64,000 nt of DNA, from IMG/VR virus record IMGVR_UViG_3300045988_130413; one strand, given 5' to 3'. Position numbers and translations under genes: made by a program. How positions within the stretch are numbered: position 1 is the stretch's first letter; each line of letters starts with the position of its first letter. The stretch is from a virus. The notes beneath the pieces are model-generated. The model ran no database searches and was not told where the DNA came from. It worked only from the letters and a program-made list of their open reading frames with translations. Shown here in pieces: positions 57,818 to 64,000 of this stretch.

Positions 57818-58906
57818 ATGATTTATTTAGATAATAATGCGACAACTAAGCCTTTTCCAGAAGTAATTAAAATATTTGAAGAATCTTCTTTTGCTAATCC
57901 ACATTCAACCCATTCTGCAGGTTTATTAGCAGATAAAGAGCTACAGTCCGCAAAAGAAAGTATTGCAAAAGATATTGATTGCGAACCAGACGAAATATAT
58001 TTTGTAGGAAGTCCAACAGAAGCCTGTAATTGGGCAATTCAAATTTTACGAGATAAAGAATGTAAAATAAATTATCATAAATATGAACATAGCGCAGTAT
58101 TAAAACCTATTTTAGCTTTTCCAGAAGTAGAGAATCCTAAACGAAATGGATATGTACAAATGCTTGTAAATAATATTTATGGAGAAATTTATAATATCCC
58201 CATAAGAGAACATGAAGATGATATTATTTTTTGTGATGGTACTGCGGCGATTGGGCATATTCCTTTTAGTTTTAAAGAATCTGGTATTGATATGCTTGCT
58301 TTTGGAGCACATAAATTCAATGGATTAAGAGGAATCGCTTGTTTAATAATTAAAAAAGATTTACTTCCAGTCCGTTCATTATTATGGGGTGGAGATATAA
58401 CTGGCGGCACTCCTTGCCAAGGTCTTGCATCTGCAATGGCATATGCTTTACATAAAAATATTGAGCATATGAGCGAAAATACAAAAAAGACTAAAGAAAT
58501 GCAAGATTATATTATTAATGAACTAACTACAATTCCATTTTCACGAATTAATGGACCGATAGGAAATAATAGAATTTCTAATAATGTAAATATTAGTTTT
58601 TCATATATATCTGGTTCAGATTTACAAAAGTATCTTAGTGATTATAATATTTGTGTTTCTACTGGAAGCGCTTGTGATTCAAGCAGTTTTGTTGAGTCCA
58701 GAGGTGGTATTTGTGTGCGGCCATTGAAAAAAGATAATCGAAGAGAACCTGAATTGGTTACAATATTTAAAGCCGGTGGAATGGATGAAGATGATGCAAA
58801 AAGTTCAATTAGAATTACCTTAGATGCAAATTATAATACTATGGAAGAAATTGAAGAGTTTATTAACACCCTTAAAAATATTATTAAATTAAATAGACCT
58901 ATATAA
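57818..58906 (+). CDS. NifS/IscS-like cysteine desulfurase (class V aminotransferase)
   Basis: LDNNATT, FANPHSTHSAG, PLP-lysine region AFGAHKFNGLRGIACLII; only plus-strand gene. Confidence 0.7.
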   Translation: MIYLDNNATTKPFPEVIKIFEESSFANPHSTHSAGLLADKELQSAKESIAKDIDCEPDEIYFVGSPTEACNWAIQILRDKECKINYHKYEHSAVLKPILAFPEVENPKRNGYVQMLVNNIYGEIYNIPIREHEDDIIFCDGTAAIGHIPFSFKESGIDMLAFGAHKFNGLRGIACLIIKKDLLPVRSLLWGGDITGGTPCQGLASAMAYALHKNIEHMSENTKKTKEMQDYIINELTTIPFSRINGPIGNNRISNNVNISFSYISGSDLQKYLSDYNICVSTGSACDSSSFVESRGGICVRPLKKDNRREPELVTIFKAGGMDEDDAKSSIRITLDANYNTMEEIEEFINTLKNIIKLNRPI

Positions 58907-58907
58907 C

Positions 58908-58945
58908 AAAAAATCCAGTCTTAATAATAAGACTGGATTTTTTGT
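58908..58945. terminator. bidirectional terminator
   Basis: A6-TCCAGTCTTA-ATAA-TAAGACTGGA-T6. Confidence 0.6.
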
Positions 58946-59283
58946 TTTTCTTTTTGTTCACGTCTATCTCTTTCAATTTTACGCATTTCTTTTAGTCGCT
59001 TACAATTATTGCATCCATGATGATCACAATTACAATCCCAACAGCCATCAGTATCTAACCAAAACCAATTTGGTGGTTGCGGTTTAGGTTTGCGAAAAAT
59101 CTTTTTCTTGCTCATCCATACTCTCCCATCTGCGACGGTCCATTCGACACCAGTTACGCTTGCCCGCACTATAATGTCCTTTTGGATTTGTTTTAAACTG
59201 ACCAGAGCAACATTCACATGAACAAAAATTCTTATTTTTACTATAGGCATGAAGATTTCTATACCATCCATCTTCCCATCCAT
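58921..59283 (-). CDS. hypothetical Cys-rich protein (frame-overlapping with 59084..59365)
   Basis: CWDCNCDHHGCNNC; 200-nt overlap with neighbour in another frame. Confidence 0.25.
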   Translation of the reverse strand: MDGKMDGIEIFMPIVKIRIFVHVNVALVSLKQIQKDIIVRASVTGVEWTVADGRVWMSKKKIFRKPKPQPPNWFWLDTDGCWDCNCDHHGCNNCKRLKEMRKIERDRREQKEKQKIQSYY

Positions 59284-59365
59284 ATACTACTTCAGCAATA
59301 TATCTTTTGTGTTTTGCTTTTCTGATAGATTGTTTTCTTCTAATTCCTCTGGCATTTCTTCGCAT
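59084..59365 (-). CDS. hypothetical basic Cys-rich protein
   Basis: AGGAGG RBS 6 nt before ATG; CSCECCSGQ. Confidence 0.4.
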   Translation of the reverse strand: MRRNARGIRRKQSIRKAKHKRYIAEVVYGWEDGWYRNLHAYSKNKNFCSCECCSGQFKTNPKGHYSAGKRNWCRMDRRRWESMDEQEKDFSQT

Positions 59366-59414
59366 ATGAAACCTCCTATATTAAAAATATAAAGGGGGCA
59401 TATGCCCCTTTATA

Positions 59415-59765
59415 TTAAAGTGTTTTTTCAATAGCCGCAACATTGGCTTTTGCTACATTGCAAGCCTCATTTGCGTCTAAAAGATATTCCTGCATTTTTA
59501 CAAGATGTGTCTGAGCTTCGATAACTTCCTGGAGCGCCTCAGAAACTTTACTTGCGGCTCTCTTAGCTCTTTTTTCTGCAATCTTTGCATTACAACGGGC
59601 AATAGCAAGCTCAGTACCTTTTTCTACATCAAAGGTGTCTCTTGGGTCTGCCTTTGCATAGCCTTTTACATTTTTACCTGCATAAGTGCTTACTGCAATT
59701 ACTTTCCGCTGATTCTGGTCTACAAATACCCGATATTTTTCTTTACCAAAAGTAGTTTTCATCAT
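59415..59765 (-). CDS. hypothetical protein
   Basis: 116-aa ORF behind consensus promoter. Confidence 0.4.
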   Translation of the reverse strand: MMKTTFGKEKYRVFVDQNQRKVIAVSTYAGKNVKGYAKADPRDTFDVEKGTELAIARCNAKIAEKRAKRAASKVSEALQEVIEAQTHLVKMQEYLLDANEACNVAKANVAAIEKTL

Positions 59766-59805
59766 TTTTTAAATCTCCTTTATCTCTTATCTTTAATATA
59801 AATAT

Positions 59806-59834
59806 ATTATATAATATTTTTTATATAAAATCAA
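59806..59834 (-). promoter_or_regulatory. consensus phage promoter
   Basis: TTGATT-17-TATAAT. Confidence 0.5.
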
Positions 59835-59859
59835 TATGGCAATCTTTTTGTCTAAAAAA

Positions 59860-60295
59860 TTCTAAAACGCTTTTTTGTTTTGGGTTTGCGGTTCTCTCGT
59901 TCGGGTCCGGCGCGAGCAGCTTATGCTTTTCATATGAGCTGGATTTATATAAAAAATAGCCAATAAAAACCTTTTCATGCGACCCCTTACTTTGCAAGCG
60001 TTCATTATTCATGCTCCTTGCACTAAACCCACCTATAAAAATCCATCAGGGGCCTGGTTCACTACTTTAGTTTTTATTGACTATCTTCCCATTAACAAAG
60101 TCTTTATTCAATATGGTCAACTTAAATAGGATTGTTTAAAAGACTGTATTAAGGATACCTTATAATTCGTGCCATATTCACTACACATAAATAAAATACC
60201 TATTATTTTTAAGAGCCTGCCTACCTCTTATGCAGCAGTTAGTCCCTGCTTGCCGAAGCCAGTTATTAAAGGGAACTGTTAGGTTGCACCCTGAT
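59860..60295 (-). ncRNA. ORF-free, GC-richer structured region downstream of interrupted tRNA 2 (candidate ncRNA)
   Basis: ~435 nt without convincing ORF (the 59821..60012 ORF is likely spurious), many local hairpins. Confidence 0.25.
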
Positions 60296-60339
60296 GGGGA
60301 GTGATGGAGTCGAACCACCCGAGACCGAAGCCACCAGTT
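60296..60339 (-). tRNA. 3' half of second interrupted tRNA gene (T-arm + acceptor 3' strand)
   Basis: AACTGGTGGCTTCGGTCTCGGGTGGTTCGACTCCATCACTCCCC; ACTCCCC pairs with GGGGAGT at 60812-60818. Confidence 0.4.
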
Positions 60340-60762
60340 TTATGCCTTATCCAAGATTTGAACTTGGTATTTATAAGTTTGAAATCCTTGATTATTTATT
60401 GTAGGAGCATTTCGTAAAGCTATTCTATTACGATTACCAGCTTTAAGAATATCTTTTACTGGAATACACCACATGTCTAAATTTTTATTTACACAAAATA
60501 AAAAATCAAGCTCAGAATGATTTATAATATTATCATAGACGGCTCCTTTTGTCCCTCCTGTATTTCTCAAACTAATTTCTCCACTTTCAGTTTGAGTAGC
60601 TTTACATTGTACAGTTTTTAAAACACCGTCTTTTTCAATTATCAAATCATACCACTGAGTGTCATTTAATGGAAGAGAAACTGTATATCCTTGACAAGTA
60701 AAATAATTTATTGCCATACTTAATCCAATTCTTCCAATTTGTTTTCTATTAATTTCATTCAC
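60340..60762 (-). CDS. Hjc-like PD-(D/E)xK nuclease encoded inside interrupted tRNA gene (paralogue 2)
   Basis: GTG start with AGGAG RBS; GYTVSLPLNDTQWYDLIIE...LKTVQCK aligns with 54605..55027 product. Confidence 0.5.
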   Translation of the reverse strand: MNEINRKQIGRIGLSMAINYFTCQGYTVSLPLNDTQWYDLIIEKDGVLKTVQCKATQTESGEISLRNTGGTKGAVYDNIINHSELDFLFCVNKNLDMWCIPVKDILKAGNRNRIALRNAPTINNQGFQTYKYQVQILDKA

Positions 60763-60780
60763 TATAAAATCTCCTATTAA

Positions 60781-60818
60781 GACCAGACTGGCCTGCTACC
60801 CCTACAGTATAACTCCCC
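60781..60818 (-). tRNA. 5' half of second interrupted tRNA gene
   Basis: GGGGAGT-TA-TACT-GTAGGGGT-AGCA-G-GCCAG-TCTGGTC. Confidence 0.4.
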
Positions 60819-60823
60819 GAGAT

Positions 60824-61174
60824 TTAAATGAAATCAACTTTATCAAACATTGGAGCATAACTCTTAACATGATTATGAGTTAAAATGCCCATCAAAGTTT
60901 CTTTATCATTTTCTTCTATAATATAAATATGAACTGTATCACTTGTAATAGCTTGTCTACCTTTTGGAGCAGTTAATAATTTAGCACATTTCTCAACTCT
61001 TTGCATATCAGTTGTGTTTAATTCCATGCGTCCTCGACTACTAACAACCGCAAATATTGGTTTGCCATTTTTAATTTTCGGCTTTGTATCAATAATCTTA
61101 CCGCACCAATTAATATTATATTCTTCATGTACATCTGTTACAATAAGATGAGTCTTTACTAAAACTTCTGCCAT
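60824..61174 (-). CDS. hypothetical protein
   Basis: 116-aa ORF. Confidence 0.35.
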   Translation of the reverse strand: MAEVLVKTHLIVTDVHEEYNINWCGKIIDTKPKIKNGKPIFAVVSSRGRMELNTTDMQRVEKCAKLLTAPKGRQAITSDTVHIYIIEENDKETLMGILTHNHVKSYAPMFDKVDFI

Positions 61175-61180
61175 TATTCT

Positions 61181-61372
61181 TTACTCCTTAAAAGAATTGA
61201 AGAAATTCATTATATCTTCATTCACCTGTCTTGTTTCAATATTCTCACTCCTTGGAGCAGATTTAGAAACATGAGATGGATGTTGCTCTTTCCAACAGGG
61301 AAGAAAATGTTTTGAAAGACTTTCTTCTTTTTCAAATTTTCTTTTACAAGTAGGACAAATATACATATTCAA
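61181..61372 (-). CDS. small zinc-finger protein
   Basis: CPTCKRKF...HFLPC. Confidence 0.35.
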   Translation of the reverse strand: MNMYICPTCKRKFEKEESLSKHFLPCWKEQHPSHVSKSAPRSENIETRQVNEDIMNFFNSFKE

Positions 61373-61380
61373 TCTCCTTT

Positions 61381-61800
61381 TATTTATAAGCTACTCTTGT
61401 AGAAATAGTGTGATTAAAAATAGCCAGATACTAAAATATTCTTTCTTAGCAGGAAAGCGCCCTATATGAGCAATATAATTGCTGTATGTATCTGTTTATT
61501 CACTTCATTAAAAGATGACGCTTTTAATGAAATTAGCTTTCGATACCATCTCTGTCAAGCCCTTAGCTTATAAGGACAGTGAAGTGTAAGCCCCTCACCA
61601 GAATCTCATGCTTCCCATTGATTTACAAGGCTATAGCACAAAGCAACCTTGGGAGACTCTCATAGGTCATCTATGGCTGAGCATCTTCCTTAACTCAGAC
61701 TTTAAAATATTAAACCGTGCTACTTATTCCTAAACTATTTCGTAGCTATCTCCATCAGCATCATTTCAGATACTATACACATAAGATTTTGTGATTTAAT
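61381..61800 (-). ncRNA. ORF-free structured region upstream of tRNA-Gln (candidate ncRNA/leader)
   Basis: ~420 nt, no ORF on either strand, moderate GC. Confidence 0.25.
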
Positions 61801-61806
61801 ATTAAA

Positions 61807-61878
61807 CTGGGGTAGCTGGATTCGAACCAGCGAATACGGCAGTCAAAGTGCCGGGCCTTACCGCTTGGCGATACCCCA
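61807..61878 (-). tRNA. tRNA-Gln (anticodon UUG)
   Basis: TGGGGTATCGCCAAGCGGTAAGGC...CGGCA-CTTTGAC-TGCCG...GCTGGTTCGAATCCAGC-TACCCCA; near-identical framework to E. coli tRNA-Gln. Confidence 0.85.
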
Positions 61879-61883
61879 TCATT

Positions 61884-61950
61884 TCAAGACACATTTTGAA
61901 TTATTGCCTAACCACTTGGCTATTTATGCACCCTGAGCATAAAACTGGAT
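61884..61950 (-). ncRNA. rearranged/possibly permuted tRNA-like element
   Basis: 17-nt exact copy of the tRNA-Gln T-arm (CTGGATTCGAACCAGCG), then TTTATGC, 7-nt spacer, complementary GCATAAA, then U8-A9 and D-arm GCC-AAGTGGTTA-GGC. Confidence 0.3.
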
Positions 61951-62302
61951 TCGAACCAGCGTTAATAATTTGCTATAAGCAAAATTTGCTGTGTGTGTCT
62001 TAAAAGATATTTCTTAAATTTTTAAAAGAGAGGTTTTTAATTAACAAGACTCGTAAAGTTCTAATAGTAATCCTATCAATAATCCCTATTTACTTCAACT
62101 CAAATTATTGGTCATCGGCTGGAGCCGGACTACCGGCGTTCTTGTTATCCTTTTAATTACATTAAAAGAAATTTGCTGATCCGAGTCTATTATATTTTTA
62201 ATAATCGGGTGGATTTGCACTCGCCTTACCTCTGTAACCTACAGAACCCTTGGAAGATAAACTTCCTTAGCACCTTGCAATTATTATTTACTTTATATAT
62301 TT

Positions 62303-62331
62303 ATTATATCATTTATTTTATAAAAAATCAA
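62303..62331 (-). promoter_or_regulatory. consensus phage promoter driving ~320-nt untranslated leader and tRNA array
   Basis: TTGATT-17-TATAAT. Confidence 0.45.
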
Positions 62332-62953
62332 ATGATATAATGCCTGGCGTTTCAGGTACTTTTTAACCCTAACTTGCGGAATGCCGCAAGGTCTGATATT
62401 CACGCGTGCTCCTTTAGTACCATGGGGCTTAGGTCTCGACCAAGTAGCGGTACTCATTTCATAGCCGGGGCTCTTGGAAGATGGTTTAGTTCGTTTTATA
62501 CCGCCTACTCCTTAGGGCGGGAGTCCTATGGAATGGATTCGAACCATTCTAATAGTTATATATTCTCGATTGTACTTATTAAAATACTCATAATGTTTTT
62601 CCTGACTATTATCATTATTTTCTTAAAACAGTTTACTCTCTACCTTCAAACCTTTTCTTAACGATACCCAAGTGTTTTTCTAAAATATTCCAGCCAGTTG
62701 AAATAAATAGAAATCAATCGTGCATAGGATAATATATACTTTTTAATACTTGGTGTGCTATTACGCCAAAAGAGAATTCATCCTTACCAGTTACGGGGTG
62801 ACTTCATACTTCTTTTCCAGATGTGTGCGGTTTTAGATAAATATTCTGGATTTTAACTTATCATCCTTCTTACTCCTACTTGAAGAAGCCTCACACATAA
62901 AAGCTCTACTCTTTAAAAGATGGCTGCCTCTAAGCCAACTTTCCAAGTATTAA

Positions 62954-63027
62954 TCGGAATGGCGGGATTCGAACCCACGACCTCTTCATCCCAAATGAAG
63001 CGTGCTACCAAGCTGCACCACATTCCG
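62954..63027 (-). tRNA. tRNA-Pro (anticodon UGG)
   Basis: Acceptor CGGAATG/CATTCCG, anticodon arm CTTCA-TTTGGGA-TGAAG, T-arm GTGGG-TTCGAAT-CCCGC. Confidence 0.85.
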
Positions 63028-63249
63028 TTTTAATTCTCAAGACGAAATCCTCCCGTGAGGACAAGATACAATCAGGAGTCGAACCTGAAGGTTTTTAGTA
63101 TATGCAGTATATTCTTTTGAATTAAATAATATTGCAGACTTCGTCTTTTAGTTAATAAAGTCTTTTCTTTCTTTACCGCCACCTCATTCTTTAGACGGAA
63201 GAAATTTCAAAACTGATTGGAAAGAGTACCTTTATTAACTTATATATTT

Positions 63250-63278
63250 ATTATATCATTTATTTTTATAAAAATCAA
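63250..63278 (-). promoter_or_regulatory. consensus phage promoter upstream of tRNA-Pro leader
   Basis: TTGATT-17-TATAAT. Confidence 0.45.
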
Positions 63279-63307
63279 TTTATTTTATTTTTTGATTTTT
63301 ATAAAGA

Positions 63308-63379
63308 TGGAAGTGGAAAGAATCGAACTTTCGTGACGGCGTTATCAGCACCGCATACTAACCGTTGTATGACACTTCC
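63308..63379 (-). tRNA. tRNA-Ile (anticodon GAU)
   Basis: Acceptor GGAAGTG/CACTTCC, D-arm ATAC-AACGGTTA-GTAT, anticodon arm CGGTG-CTGATAA-CGCCG, T-arm GAAAG-TTCGATT-CTTTC. Confidence 0.85.
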
Positions 63380-63403
63380 GAATCCAAAAGACCTTTGCAG
63401 GTC

Positions 63404-63646
63404 TTACATAACTTCTGGATTTTCGTTGAAGAATTTTAAGAACTTAGCTTCATCTTCTTTTGAAGAACAAAACAGTTCTAATTCATCTCCTCTTTCTCCA
63501 AGTAATGCTCCAATAGCAACATACTGTGTTAAGAGAGATTTCATATTGTATTTATCACCATACTGAGAAGTAAGTGTTACATCTCCTTTACAAGTGTTTA
63601 CTATTGCAAGAAAATCTTCTACCTGTGAAATCTTTGTCAATTTCAT
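63404..63646 (-). CDS. hypothetical protein
   Basis: 80-aa ORF. Confidence 0.35.
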   Translation of the reverse strand: MKLTKISQVEDFLAIVNTCKGDVTLTSQYGDKYNMKSLLTQYVAIGALLGERGDELELFCSSKEDEAKFLKFFNENPEVM

Positions 63647-63662
63647 AATATAAACTCCTTTC

Positions 63663-64000
63663 TTATGAAAGTGGATGATTTACAGTTTGTAAATTAGAAC
63701 GAACTTCTAATTTATATTCATCTTTTATCAAATAATCTACAAGAACTTCAATTAATTCTAAATCATTCATTTGCCGTCCTTCCAGTTTAAAATGATTAAA
63801 ACCTAAAGGTAAATAAATATTTTCAATATCTTGCGGGCTAATATAGTTTTTATATTTTCTTAACTCGTAATATCTTGAACCACGACTTGAACAAGTAAAA
63901 TTAATATCTGTCTTTCCATATAATTCAATCTCTGCGATTGCTTGATAATGCTTTTGCCGATTAGGACAATTAGGAATACAACAAGGGTCAGCAAGTATTT
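63663..64000 (-). CDS. hypothetical Cys-containing protein, 3' part only (5' end beyond window)
   Basis: Open minus-strand frame to the window end terminating ...NLQTVNHPLS-stop; contains CCIPNCPNRQ. Confidence 0.3.
   Translation of the reverse strand, partial: ILADPCCIPNCPNRQKHYQAIAEIELYGKTDINFTCSSRGSRYYELRKYKNYISPQDIENIYLPLGFNHFKLEGRQMNDLELIEVLVDYLIKDEYKLEVRSNLQTVNHPLS

Noticed and set aside
59821-60012. 63-aa minus-strand ORF
   Set aside because: Overlaps the consensus promoter and an ORF-free structured region; no RBS.
62374-62661. 95-aa plus-strand ORF in the tRNA island
   Set aside because: R/S-rich nonsense-like translation inside a GC-rich structured non-coding region; no RBS.
63040-63100. 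Additional tRNA upstream of tRNA-Pro
   Set aside because: Only a T-arm-like hairpin (CAGG-TTCGACT-CCTG) with no matching acceptor or anticodon arms; treated as a fragment or leader structure.
34381-63290. Possible CRISPR array suggested by a ~45-nt motif repeated more than 20 times
   Set aside because: Copies are spaced kilobases apart, always intergenic and immediately upstream of genes, and parse as -35/-10 promoters. This is not a repeat-spacer array.

Overview
This 64 kb window comes from an A+T-rich phage genome; the gene content indicates a large virulent phage, and the strong AAGGAGG ribosome-binding sites plus canonical sigma70-type promoters point to a low-GC Gram-positive (Bacillota-like) host. 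The window carries roughly 110 ORFs. All but one are on the minus strand, arranged as short operons bounded by a highly conserved promoter (TTGAT(T/A)-17 nt-TATAAT) and hairpin terminators. The 0-34 kb half is a DNA replication and nucleotide-metabolism module:
- a PolIII-alpha DNA polymerase with a PHP domain, cut off by the window start;
- a Dda-like helicase, an HNH endonuclease, RecJ, a DnaG-like primase, a DnaB helicase and a Sak4-like ATPase;
- a ThyX-like protein, the NAD-dependent ligase LigA, RNase H, and topoisomerase II GyrA plus GyrB.
This half also holds the lysis genes (endolysin with SH3b domains, a holin-like protein), a PIN-PhoH protein and a flotillin-like SPFH protein. The gyrB-like gene is interrupted by a 1032-nt group I intron that carries a GIY-YIG homing endonuclease. 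The 33-64 kb half is the unusual part. It encodes an RNA and tRNA repair toolkit:
- a Pnkp-like P-loop kinase next to a binuclear metallophosphoesterase, and an Rnl-type ATP-dependent RNA ligase;
- a Thg1-like 3'-5' nucleotidyltransferase, a Pol-beta nucleotidyltransferase, an HD phosphohydrolase and a DEDDh exonuclease;
- a Ro60/Rsr orthologue, a bacterial-type PARG macrodomain, three lambda-phosphatase-like phosphoesterases and a PurA/PurZ-family enzyme.
The same half contains a tRNA island with intact tRNA-Cys, Lys, Leu, Gln, Pro and Ile. Two further tRNA genes are each interrupted in or near the anticodon loop by a paralogous 140-aa Hjc-like PD-(D/E)xK nuclease ORF. The island also has several tRNA-like fragments, a possibly permuted tRNA, 0.4-1 kb ORF-free structured regions, and a NifS/IscS-like cysteine desulfurase that is the only plus-strand gene. 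Two genes (the Dda helicase and the Thg1-like gene) require a +1 frameshift; the Thg1 site is the textbook CUU UGA C motif.
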